The position numbers were made by a program, and so were the translations under genes. From Bacteroidetes bacterium HLUCCA01 (lineage in GTDB: Bacteria > Bacteroidota > Rhodothermia > Balneolales > HLUCCA01): DNA of 64,000 nt. The DNA lies in NCBI GenBank assembly GCA_001314545.1, contig LIHN01000019.1, forward strand, positions 192,150-256,149, in the 5' to 3' direction. How positions within the stretch are numbered: the first letter of the stretch is position 1; every line of letters starts with the position of its first letter. The notes below the pieces were generated by a model, which was given only the letters and a program-made list of their open reading frames with translations, had not been told where the DNA came from and did no database searches. This document shows, piece after piece, positions 19,033 to 28,154 of this stretch.

Positions 19033-19725
19033 GTGACCAACCTTACAGATACCGTCAAAGAGGTGGTCATGGGTGTTTTACCCATGGCTGCTGTGGTTTT
19101 TGCGCTGCAATTTACCATCATCTGGGTGGACTGGGTCATCTTTATCCAGTTCGTTGCCGGTCTGGCCATGGTCATGGGCGGACTGATTTTGTTTTTGCTG
19201 GGAGTTCATGTGGGTTTGCTTCCCATAGGCGAGCGTATTGGCTCGGCCCTGCCGCAAACCGGTAAGCTATGGGTCATTCTGGTGGCCAGTGTAGTACTCG
19301 GATTCGTTGTTACGATTGCAGAACCCGATGTGAGGGTGCTGGCCTCCTATGTAGACACAGCCTCTCAGGGCGTTATTGACCGAAGCATTCTGGTCTTCGC
19401 CGTTGCCGTGGGGCTGGCCCTGTTTGTGGGGATTTCGATGCTCAAAATCACGCTGGGAATACCAATCAGGTACCTGCTCACCGGTGGATATACGGTGGTT
19501 TTCATCCTGGCGTGGTTTTCTGCACCACAATACCTGCCCATCTCCTTCGATGCCGGCGGGGTCACTACCGGTCCGATGGCTGTACCATTTATTCTGGCCC
19601 TGGGCGTTGGTGTAGCCTCCGTTCTTAAAAGCAAATCGGGGTCGGGTGAAGGCTTCGGACTGGTTGCCCTGGCCTCCATCGGTCCTATCATTGCTGTACT
19701 CATTCTGGGGATGTTCTACGCATGA
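19033..19725 (+). CDS. DUF1538-like polytopic membrane protein, paralog A
   Basis: 230 aa, about 6 TM. Shares blocks with the next ORF: LFLLGVHVGLLPIGE, TIAEPDVRVL, FDAGGVTTGPMAVPFILALGVG. GTG start (an ATG 12 codons downstream is possible). ATGA overlap with paralog B. Confidence 0.8.
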   Translation: MTNLTDTVKEVVMGVLPMAAVVFALQFTIIWVDWVIFIQFVAGLAMVMGGLILFLLGVHVGLLPIGERIGSALPQTGKLWVILVASVVLGFVVTIAEPDVRVLASYVDTASQGVIDRSILVFAVAVGLALFVGISMLKITLGIPIRYLLTGGYTVVFILAWFSAPQYLPISFDAGGVTTGPMAVPFILALGVGVASVLKSKSGSGEGFGLVALASIGPIIAVLILGMFYA

Positions 19726-20453
19726 GTGAGCTGAATCTGTTCAAAGGCCTGGGCCACGTTGTCATTGAAGTCAGTTTTGCACTGGCTCCTCTGCTGCTTT
19801 TTTTCCTGTTTTTTCAGGTCTTCTTTCTCAAACTACCCCGAAAGAAAATCACCGATATTCTCAAGGGCGTAGTACTCACCTTTTTCGGACTGGTACTTTT
19901 TCTGCACGGTGTACATGTAGGTTTTCTGCCCTTCGGCGAGGCCATGGGGCACAAATTTGCCGCCTTGCCCTACAAATGGATCATCATCCCGGTTGGTTTC
20001 CTGCTCGGATTTGTGGCCACCTTTGCCGAGCCGGCCGTGCGTATTCTCAACCACGAGGTCGATAAAGTAACCGCCGGGTACATCCCGCAGCGACTCATGC
20101 TCCTGACCCTGTCGCTGGGCGTGGGTATTTCCATTGCCCTGAGTATGGCCCGGGTCATCTACGACCTGCCCCTGATGTATTTTGTGGTACCGGGCTATGT
20201 GCTGGTACTCATCCTCTCCTGGTTCACCAGCGAAACCTTCACTGCCATAGCCTTCGATTCCGGTGGAGTGGCTACCGGACCCATGACCGTTACGTTCATT
20301 ACCGCACTGTCTTTAGGACTTGCATCAGCCGGTGATGGTCCGGACAGTGCCATCGATGGCTTCGGGATGATAGCCCTGGTTGCATTGGCGCCTATTCTTT
20401 GCGTTCTTATTCTGGGCGTGCTGTATAAACTGAAAGAAAGACAAAACATGTAA
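19722..20453 (+). CDS. DUF1538-like polytopic membrane protein, paralog B
   Basis: 243 aa. Blocks LFLHGVHVGFLPFGE, TFAEPAVRIL and FDSGGVATGPMTVTFITALSLG are paralogous to ORF A. Confidence 0.8.
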   Translation: MSELNLFKGLGHVVIEVSFALAPLLLFFLFFQVFFLKLPRKKITDILKGVVLTFFGLVLFLHGVHVGFLPFGEAMGHKFAALPYKWIIIPVGFLLGFVATFAEPAVRILNHEVDKVTAGYIPQRLMLLTLSLGVGISIALSMARVIYDLPLMYFVVPGYVLVLILSWFTSETFTAIAFDSGGVATGPMTVTFITALSLGLASAGDGPDSAIDGFGMIALVALAPILCVLILGVLYKLKERQNM

Positions 20454-20455
20454 TC

Positions 20456-21166
20456 ATGCTGCAGGAAACACAAGACCCAAAACGTCACAAGCTCGTGTTC
20501 ACGGTGGTCAAAAAGGGGGCTGCATCCAAGGTCATAGCTGCAGCCCGCACAGCCGGCGCTGAAGGGGCCACGACCCTGCCCGGACTGGGAACTGCACCGC
20601 CCGGCACCTACACCTTCTGGGGAATTGATATGGGTCCCGAGAAAGAAATTGTCATCATTATGGCACGCGCTGATGTGGCCCATGATGTTTTTACCGCCAT
20701 CCGCCGCATCCTTAAGCTGCACCGGCCAGGAAGCGGCATATCCTTCACGCTTGACCTGCTCTATCTGGCAGGCTGCGTTCATATGGGACGAAAAACCCAC
20801 AAACTTCCCCGTAAAACCACTACCTCCGAGACCATGCAACCTACCGATACCTACGACCTCATAGTAACCATCGTCAACGATGGATTCAGCGGCGATGTCA
20901 TTGACGCATCACGCCAGGCCGGCGCCGAAGGCGGAACCATCATGCATGGCCGGGGCTCGGGAATTCATGAAACCGGCAAACTATTTTCCCTGAACATTGA
21001 ACCGGAGAAGGAAATCGTATTCACTCTGGTACCCCGCACCATCAGTGAACGTGTTTTACAGACCATCATCGAAAAAACACAGCTCAATGAGCCCGGCAAA
21101 GGCATTGCCTTTATGATTGAAGTGGAAGATGTGGCCGGTATAGCCCACAAGCTCACCGAAGAGTAA
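20456..21166 (+). CDS. Fused tandem P-II (GlnB)-like signal-transduction protein
   Basis: Two ~100-aa modules (res ~11-106 and ~134-231), each with P-II-like layout. N-terminal beta-alpha: KLVFTVVKKGAASKVIAAARTAGAEG / DLIVTIVNDGFSGDVIDASRQAGAEG. T-loop-like G.G...PEKE. B-loop-like PGSGISF / PGKGIAF. Starts 2 nt after paralog B. Confidence 0.75.
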   Translation: MLQETQDPKRHKLVFTVVKKGAASKVIAAARTAGAEGATTLPGLGTAPPGTYTFWGIDMGPEKEIVIIMARADVAHDVFTAIRRILKLHRPGSGISFTLDLLYLAGCVHMGRKTHKLPRKTTTSETMQPTDTYDLIVTIVNDGFSGDVIDASRQAGAEGGTIMHGRGSGIHETGKLFSLNIEPEKEIVFTLVPRTISERVLQTIIEKTQLNEPGKGIAFMIEVEDVAGIAHKLTEE

Positions 21167-21174
21167 CGGAATGG

Positions 21175-21846
21175 TCAGCCGGTAGTCAGCAAAATTTTTC
21201 GGGCGATGTCGGCCGGAACCAGTAATCGCTCAGCATCCAGCACAATCCGCACACCATCGGGCTCGCGGCGGATAACATTCAGTTTTTTGCCAAGCATCAG
21301 ACCAAGTCGGGTCAGCACGTTGAGAAAATCGGCATCCTGAGAGCGAACCCGATAAATGATGCCGGAGGCACCATCCTGTAAATCCAGCAGGGAAACCGTA
21401 GCCGGCTGATCCGGGAATTTCAGATCGGCTGAAGGAATGGGGTCGCCGTGAGGATCGTGAGTAGGGTGTCCCAGCTTTTCGGCAATACGTGCTTCAAACT
21501 TTTCACTGATATGGTGCTCGAGCCGTTCAGCTTCCTCATGGATTTCATCCCAGGTGTATCCCAGCACTTCGGAAAGATACATTTCAATGAGACGATGATG
21601 CCGCAGAATCTGAACGGCAATCTTTTCGCCGGCAGCCGTAAGCTCAACACCGTGATACTTCTCATAATCAACCAGAGAGAGCTCCGAAAGCTTTCGCAAC
21701 ATTCCCGTAACCGAGGCGGGTTTCACATTCAGATGATCTGCCAGTGCCTGGGTAGTCACGTGCGGCATAACTTCACCGAGCTCGAAAATCTTCTTCAGGT
21801 AGTCTTCCTGCGACTCGGTGAGTTTATTTCGGGTTTTGTCTGTCAT
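21175..21846 (-). CDS. DtxR/MntR-family metal-dependent transcriptional regulator with C-terminal FeoA/SH3-like domain
   Basis: ESQEDYLKKIFEL...TTQALADHLNVKPASVTGMLRKL (wHTH), metal-site region HRLIEMYL...EEAERLEH, and a C-terminal FeoA-like segment. Confidence 0.85.
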   Translation of the reverse strand: MTDKTRNKLTESQEDYLKKIFELGEVMPHVTTQALADHLNVKPASVTGMLRKLSELSLVDYEKYHGVELTAAGEKIAVQILRHHRLIEMYLSEVLGYTWDEIHEEAERLEHHISEKFEARIAEKLGHPTHDPHGDPIPSADLKFPDQPATVSLLDLQDGASGIIYRVRSQDADFLNVLTRLGLMLGKKLNVIRREPDGVRIVLDAERLLVPADIARKILLTTG

Positions 21847-21932
21847 GTTTAAAGATACAAAAAATGATTTAGTAGCATCAAAGTTCGTAGTTTTGGGGCT
21901 TGTTTATAAACTCTTCTATCATTTTCAACTCC

Positions 21933-22691
21933 ATGTTATCCACCCGCATTATTCCATGCCTCGACATCAAGAACGGAAGAACGGTCAAAGGAGTGAATTT
22001 CGAAGGATTACGGGATGCAGGTGACCCGGTGGAACTGGCCCGCAGATACTCCGCCGAAGGCGCCGATGAGCTGGTCTTTCTGGACATTACAGCGACCAAT
22101 GAACGCCGCAAAACCCTCATCGAACTCGTTCGTGCGATCGCCCGTGAAATCAGCATACCTTTCACCGTGGGTGGCGGAATAACCTCCGTCGATGAAATTG
22201 CGGATCTGCTGCACGCCGGAGCCGATAAAGTATCCCTGAACAGCAGTATTGTCCGGGACCCGGACCTGATTACCCGCGCCGCAGCACGATTCGGTTCCCA
22301 ATGTATCGTTGCGGCCCTGGATGCCAAACGAACCAACGGCAGCTGGAATATATTTGTAAAAGCCGGTACGGAAGATACCGGACTAGACACCCTTGACTGG
22401 GCCCTGGAAGTCTACCGAAGGGGTGCCGGTGAAATATTGTTAACCAGTATGGATAAAGACGGCACCAAGTCGGGCTTTGATAACGACCTGCTCAGCCGGG
22501 TTTCCGCCCTCGTTCCCATTCCCCTGGTAGCCAGCGGAGGTGCAGGTACCATCTCGCATTGTATCGATGCGGTGCAACTAGGTAAAGCCGACGCCGTGCT
22601 GGCGGCATCCATCTTTCATTTCAGGGAAATCGAAATTCACGACCTGAAAGTGCAGATGCAGCAGTCCGGAATTCCGGTGCGACTGAGCTGA
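21933..22691 (+). CDS. hisF: Imidazole glycerol phosphate synthase cyclase subunit HisF
   Basis: Preferred ATG 21933 ([23 protein letters not shown]..., 252 aa). Also [16 protein letters not shown] and LAASIFHF. Confidence 0.95.
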   Translation: MLSTRIIPCLDIKNGRTVKGVNFEGLRDAGDPVELARRYSAEGADELVFLDITATNERRKTLIELVRAIAREISIPFTVGGGITSVDEIADLLHAGADKVSLNSSIVRDPDLITRAAARFGSQCIVAALDAKRTNGSWNIFVKAGTEDTGLDTLDWALEVYRRGAGEILLTSMDKDGTKSGFDNDLLSRVSALVPIPLVASGGAGTISHCIDAVQLGKADAVLAASIFHFREIEIHDLKVQMQQSGIPVRLS

Positions 22692-23084
22692 GCCAGCTGT
22701 TTACATAAATTTACACCCACGCTCGAAGCGGTTTCACAAAACCCCGGTGATGCGAAACGTCTGCGTCACCCACACACAAAGTCAGGCAGATTGTAAGCGC
22801 TTTTCCTCTGTTGCTAACCCTGCAACCCGGATACTCCCGGATTATCAGTGCGATGGGAACCGTATGAAATACCGCCGAAACCAGTTGCAAAATCACGTCA
22901 TTTTTGGGGTTTAAATAGCTGTAAAGCAGATTATTGGCGGTAAGCATTCTTGACAAGACCAGTTTTTTTTGGGTTATTGCAAAGCGGTCACCTGTTTTAG
23001 GGATTTTAGGGACACATTCTTTTCCACATCTACGCACGACCGTCTTCGCCATAATTGCCAGTTGTTAAATTGTTAGGAGTAAAC

Positions 23085-26000
23085 ATGAGTTACGAATTCT
23101 CAAGTACCGAGAAATCGGCTTGCGGCGTTGGGTTTATAGCCAGCCTCAAGAACAAGTTCAGCCATACCCACCTTCGTAAAGGCCTGCATGCCTTGCGCTG
23201 CGTTGAACACAGAGGTGCCTGCGCCGCCGATCAGATAACCGGTGACGGCGCTGGAATTATGACCGATATACCCTTCGAGCTCTTCGGTTACGAGAAAGAC
23301 TCCGTTGCCGTGGCTTCCCTGTTTACCCCCACACATCCCGAACGCAAGCGTATCGCCCTGCGTGTATTTGAGGAAACCTTCGCCTTTCTAGGGCTCAAGG
23401 TGATCGAATACCGCCAGGTACCGGTAGACCCCACTGTACTGGGTCCGGAGGCGCGTGAGGCCATGCCAGGCATTCTGCACGCCATCATCCAGCGGCCCGA
23501 CCACTGCCGTACCAACTCCTCCTTTGACAAACTCCTGTACGCGGCCAAACAGCTGACCCGGACCCGTGAAAAAGAACACGGAATCAGCAAGGAATTCTTC
23601 TTCACATCCCTTTCGGCAAACTCCATCAATTACAAGGCACTCACCCGATCCAAAGACCTGGACCGCTTCTACCTTGACCTTCAGAATCCGGCCTACAAAA
23701 CACGTTTCGTACTGTACCACCGACGATTTTCCACCAACACCAAAACATCCTGGGATAAAGTCCAGCCCTTCCGGCTTATCGGTCACAACGGCGAAATCAA
23801 CACCATCGCAGGAAACCGATCCTGGGCCTACTCGCGTGAGCGCTATCTGGGGCTTCGTGAAGATGAATTGCTGACCCATGAAGGAATCAGCGACTCCGGC
23901 TCGCTCAATGAAATGGTGGAAGCGCTCATGTACCGCAGCTCCATTCCCAATGTTGAAGATATTCTGGCCCTGATGATGCCTCCGGCGGACGGCCGAAATC
24001 CATTCTATAAATTCTGGAGCCGGGCGATGGAGCCCTGGGACGGTCCGGCCTTTGTAACCTACTCTGATGGCAGATCAATCGGTGCCCGACTGGACCGTAA
24101 CGGCTTCCGCCCCTGCCGCTGGACCCTTACGGACGACCATTTCTACCTCTCCTCGGAGGCAGGCTCCTTTGAGGTGGATGAATCCACCATCCTGAAGAAA
24201 GGGTCCCTGCACGCAGGTACCGGAGTACGCGTAGATATGGACAAAGGTGAGGTACACTTCCGTGATCCAAGTCAGTCGCGCGAGAATTACGATGCCAACT
24301 TTGACCCGCGTCTTGCCCCCATAAAATCGCTCGAACTCGCAGAAAAACCCGAACTCCTGCACAAAAAGCATCTGTTCAGCTACTCTGATGAGGACATCAA
24401 ACGCATGCTCATCCCCAGCATAGTGGAAGGCAAGGAACCCATCGGCTCCATGGGCGATACGGCGAGGCCGGCTATACTTTCCGACGAACCCCGCTCCTTC
24501 TTCGATTATTTCTATCAGAATTTCGCCCAGGTGACCAACCCTCCTCTGGACTACATCCGTGAGGAAATGGTAACAGATCTGAGCGTACATCTTGGTAAAA
24601 AACCCAACATTTTTGAAAAGAAAGAACTGATCCCCCCAGCCGTTGCCTATGAATTAAAAAGTCCGGTTGTAAGCCTCGGTGAAATGGGATACATCCGCAC
24701 ACTGGACGGCAAGGTTGACAAGCACCTTCGTATCAAAACACGCGTTCTTGACATCACCTTCGATATATCACATGGCGTTGTGGGCCTGCGTTCGCGCCTG
24801 GAAAAACTGGCCGAGGAAGCCCGTAAAGCCGTAAGTGATGAATACTCCATTCTGGTGCTCAGCGACGAAAAAGCCGGTTTTGATCGCGCGCCCATCCCCA
24901 GTTTACTCGCGCTTCGGTCTCTGGTAAACAGCCTCAACGAGACCGGACAGCGACTCAACGCCTCCATCGTGGTGCACTCCGGTGAGATCAAATCAACCCA
25001 TCACGTAGCCGCCCTGATTGGATTCGGCGCTTCGGCGGTATGTCCGTACATCGCCCTGGAAATGGCGCGCTTTGAAGATGACCGTGCCTTGCGTGACCTC
25101 GACCCTGACACCCGCGAGAGAAATCTGATAAAGGCGTTTGAGTCCGGACTGCTTAAAGTCATGGCAAAAATGGGTATTTCTGTGGTTCGCAGCTATCAAA
25201 GCTCGAAACTCTTTACAGCGGTTGGAATCGGCAAAAAACTGACCAGTGAATTCTTCCCCGGTCTATACTCGCCCATCGGAGGAATTGAACTGGAGCACGT
25301 GGTAAACGACATCGTACGAAAACTGCAGCTGGCCCGGGAGGCGACCGAATCCGATAAAGTCATCAAGACCTACTTCTGGAAAGAGCATAACCGCGGCAAG
25401 GAGGGTGAAAAACACTCCATGACCAATTCCCGCTCCAAAATTATCCACCAGCTTGTGCGCGAGACGGGTTTCAGCCTGCAGTCTACGGAGTTGTTCAATG
25501 AATACCTGAAACTAGGTGAGGATGATTCGCCGGTGAATCTGAGGCATCTGTTTGACCTGAAATCCGCTGAACAGCCTTTGGAAATTGATCAGGTACAGCC
25601 CCGCGAAGACATTCTGAAAACATTCGGAAGCGGAGCCATGTCGTTCGGCGCCATCAGTGCCGAATCGCAGCGGGATATTTTCCTGGCCATGAGGGAAATC
25701 GGCGGTCGTTCGAATAGTGGCGAGGGTGGCGAGAACCCATTTTATTTCACCGATGGTATCACGGCTTCTGCCAAGCAGGTAGCCTCCGGCAGATTTGGCG
25801 TGACAGCGGAGTATCTGGTATCCGGCAATGAGTTTCAGATTAAAATTGCCCAGGGTGCCAAGCCCGGTGAAGGGGGTCAGCTCATGGGGGTAAAAGTCAA
25901 CGAAGACATCGCCCGGGCCCGTTATGCCAATGTTGGAGTAGATCTTATCTCCCCCCCGCCCCTGCACGATATTTATTCCATTGAGGACCTCAAGCAGCTT

Positions 26001-27494
26001 ATTTACGAGCTCAAGCAGCTCAAGCCCGATGCAACCGTGAATGTAAAATTGGTAGCCGGAGCACACATCGGCACCATTGCAGTTGGTGTTGCCAAAGCCG
26101 GAGCCGATGTAATCCACGTTTCCGGCGGTGATGGCGGAACCGGTGCAGCCACGCTGACTTCCATGAAACACGCCGGACTGCCCTTTGAATTGGGGCTGGT
26201 TGAAGTGCACAAGGCACTGATTGCCAATAATCTGCGCAAAAATGTGAAACTCCGCACCGATGGTGGTCTTCACACCGGAAAAGACATCGTTACCGCTGCC
26301 ATTCTGGGCGCAGAAGAATTTGAATTCGGCAAACTTCTGCTGGTGGCTGAGGGCTGCGTGATGGCACGAATCTGTGAGAAGAATACATGCCCGACCGGAA
26401 TCGCCACCCACGATCCGAAATTCAAAGCCAAGTACAAGGGACATAAAGACCACGTGGTTGCCACCCTGCAGTACATAGCCGAAGACGTGCGTCGTTACCT
26501 GGCCAGGATGGGCGTAACCACGCTGGATGAGCTGCGCGGCAGGACCGATTTGCTCATGGTCAGCGAACGGCACGGTGAGCTGGTATCAAACCGCCGGCTG
26601 GATTTGAGCTTCTTCCTGGGTGAAAGCACCCAGGATGACTCCCTGCGAACGAACTTGTACTTTGAAGGTGTGAACCCATTGAATCAACAGCTTATCGATG
26701 ACTGCTCGGATGCAATCGCTTCGGCTGGTACCGTTCATCTGGATTACGAAATCACGACAACCGACCGGGCTGCGCTGGCCACGCTTTCAGGTCAGATCGC
26801 ACGAAAAATCCATGAGGAGCGACTGGCCAAAATCAAGGTCGGTGACCCGTCGCATCAGAACGTACGCTTCGACGGTAAGATCGAGCTTAACTTTAAAGGA
26901 AGCGCAGGCCAAGGTTTCGGCGTGTTCATGGTTGAAGGCATCCATACCACACTGCAGGGCGAAGCCAATGATTCGGTATGCAAGGCGATGTCTGGCGGAT
27001 TGGCGGTCATCCGGCCGCTGCCAACGGCTACCTACCGTCCGGAAGAGAATGCCATCATCGGCAATTGCGCCTTATATGGCGCTACCGGCGGCACATTGTA
27101 TGTGAACGGACTGGCGGGCGACCGGTTTGCGGTGCGTAACTCCGGAGCCACAGCTGTAGTAGAGGGCACGGGATTACATGCCTGCGAGTACATGACCAAC
27201 GGAACCGTTGTCATTCTGGGCAGCACCTCCAGCAATATCGGAGCCGGAATGACCGGCGGACAGCTGCTGATTTTTGGCGACCAGGATGCCAACATCAACA
27301 AGCATTACCTCAGCCAGGTACCACTGGATTCCACCGATGAAGATGCATTGCTGGTCTTACTGCAGGATTACCGCGACAAAACCGGCAGCAATACAGCCAC
27401 TACCATTCTGAACGACTGGAATACACTGAAGAAGCGCTTCATGAAATACCTGCCGGTAAAACAAGCTGAAAAACAGCAGGAAGAGGCCGCCTGA
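23085..27494 (+). CDS. gltB: Glutamate synthase large subunit (GltB)
   Basis: Preferred ATG 23085, with a short propeptide before the Ntn-Cys (KSA-CGVGFIA). FMN/Fe-S region and the C-terminal GXGXG beta-helix domain ([36 protein letters not shown]) are present. No gltD follows. Confidence 0.95.
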   Translation: MSYEFSSTEKSACGVGFIASLKNKFSHTHLRKGLHALRCVEHRGACAADQITGDGAGIMTDIPFELFGYEKDSVAVASLFTPTHPERKRIALRVFEETFAFLGLKVIEYRQVPVDPTVLGPEAREAMPGILHAIIQRPDHCRTNSSFDKLLYAAKQLTRTREKEHGISKEFFFTSLSANSINYKALTRSKDLDRFYLDLQNPAYKTRFVLYHRRFSTNTKTSWDKVQPFRLIGHNGEINTIAGNRSWAYSRERYLGLREDELLTHEGISDSGSLNEMVEALMYRSSIPNVEDILALMMPPADGRNPFYKFWSRAMEPWDGPAFVTYSDGRSIGARLDRNGFRPCRWTLTDDHFYLSSEAGSFEVDESTILKKGSLHAGTGVRVDMDKGEVHFRDPSQSRENYDANFDPRLAPIKSLELAEKPELLHKKHLFSYSDEDIKRMLIPSIVEGKEPIGSMGDTARPAILSDEPRSFFDYFYQNFAQVTNPPLDYIREEMVTDLSVHLGKKPNIFEKKELIPPAVAYELKSPVVSLGEMGYIRTLDGKVDKHLRIKTRVLDITFDISHGVVGLRSRLEKLAEEARKAVSDEYSILVLSDEKAGFDRAPIPSLLALRSLVNSLNETGQRLNASIVVHSGEIKSTHHVAALIGFGASAVCPYIALEMARFEDDRALRDLDPDTRERNLIKAFESGLLKVMAKMGISVVRSYQSSKLFTAVGIGKKLTSEFFPGLYSPIGGIELEHVVNDIVRKLQLAREATESDKVIKTYFWKEHNRGKEGEKHSMTNSRSKIIHQLVRETGFSLQSTELFNEYLKLGEDDSPVNLRHLFDLKSAEQPLEIDQVQPREDILKTFGSGAMSFGAISAESQRDIFLAMREIGGRSNSGEGGENPFYFTDGITASAKQVASGRFGVTAEYLVSGNEFQIKIAQGAKPGEGGQLMGVKVNEDIARARYANVGVDLISPPPLHDIYSIEDLKQLIYELKQLKPDATVNVKLVAGAHIGTIAVGVAKAGADVIHVSGGDGGTGAATLTSMKHAGLPFELGLVEVHKALIANNLRKNVKLRTDGGLHTGKDIVTAAILGAEEFEFGKLLLVAEGCVMARICEKNTCPTGIATHDPKFKAKYKGHKDHVVATLQYIAEDVRRYLARMGVTTLDELRGRTDLLMVSERHGELVSNRRLDLSFFLGESTQDDSLRTNLYFEGVNPLNQQLIDDCSDAIASAGTVHLDYEITTTDRAALATLSGQIARKIHEERLAKIKVGDPSHQNVRFDGKIELNFKGSAGQGFGVFMVEGIHTTLQGEANDSVCKAMSGGLAVIRPLPTATYRPEENAIIGNCALYGATGGTLYVNGLAGDRFAVRNSGATAVVEGTGLHACEYMTNGTVVILGSTSSNIGAGMTGGQLLIFGDQDANINKHYLSQVPLDSTDEDALLVLLQDYRDKTGSNTATTILNDWNTLKKRFMKYLPVKQAEKQQEEAA

Positions 27495-27496
27495 CC

Positions 27497-27793
27497 TTAT
27501 TTGTGGCGGGATTTCAGTTCGCTGACAAGGTCTTCAATACGCATACCGCGGTCCGTCAGGAGCACCATGAGATGAAACAACAGATCGGAGGCTTCATAAC
27601 GAAGCTCTTCGTTGTTGTTTTTGGCCGCGATGACGGTTTCAACGGCTTCCTCGCCCACTTTTTGAGCTATTTTGTCGGTACCTTTATCAAAAAGACGGGT
27701 TGTATACGAACCCTCGGGCCGGTCTGACTTGCGGGTTTCCAGCAGGTCCTGAAGGTCAGATAAAAATCCGATTCGGTTGGATTCAGTTTGCAT
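27497..27793 (-). CDS. hisE: Phosphoribosyl-ATP pyrophosphatase HisE (separate cistron)
   Basis: MQTESNRIGFLSDLQDLLETRKSDRPEGSYTTRLFDKGTDKIAQKVGEEAVETVIAAK...EASDLLFHLMVLL is the HisE/MazG-like fold. ATG 27793 lies 10 nt after the hisI stop. The track ORF extension to 27880 overlaps hisI out of frame. Confidence 0.85.
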   Translation of the reverse strand: MQTESNRIGFLSDLQDLLETRKSDRPEGSYTTRLFDKGTDKIAQKVGEEAVETVIAAKNNNEELRYEASDLLFHLMVLLTDRGMRIEDLVSELKSRHK

Positions 27794-27803
27794 AAGATAA
27801 TAT

Positions 27804-28154
27804 TCAGCTAAAACGTTTGGGTGGCGACTGCACAACCTGACCTTCCGGGTCGGTTTCGTCAAAGCAGGTGGTTGTGCCACGATGGCATGCAGGTCCGGTG
27901 GGGTGGACCATCACGAGCAATGTATCCTGATCACAGTCGATATAATATTCTTTAAGGCGCAGATAATTTCCGGAGGTCTCACCCTTTATCCAGAGTTCAC
28001 CCCGTGACCGGCTCCAAAAGGTGACATTCCCTGTTTCCAGTGTTATTTGCCAGGCCTGTTCATTGGTGTAGCCCAGCATAAGTACCTGTAGTGTATCAGC
28101 ATCCTGAACAATTACCGGTACCAGACCGTCTGATTTGGCAAAATCAATGTTCAT
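27804..28154 (-). CDS. hisI: Phosphoribosyl-AMP cyclohydrolase HisI
   Basis: LVPVIVQDADTLQVLMLGYTNEQAW...FWSRSRGELWIKGETSGNYL...IDCDQDTLLVMV.PTGPACHRGTTTCF is the HisI core. ATGA overlap with the upstream receiver gene. Confidence 0.9.
   Translation of the reverse strand: MNIDFAKSDGLVPVIVQDADTLQVLMLGYTNEQAWQITLETGNVTFWSRSRGELWIKGETSGNYLRLKEYYIDCDQDTLLVMVHPTGPACHRGTTTCFDETDPEGQVVQSPPKRFS

Noticed and set aside
22711-23052. 113-aa minus-strand ORF in the gltB upstream region
   Set aside because: It has no recognisable fold or motif and an odd composition (Cys, Arg). I treat the region as non-coding but flag it as a long leader.
25512-26573. 353-aa minus-strand ORF inside gltB
   Set aside because: It is antisense to the conserved FMN-binding region of GltB, with no independent coding signal.
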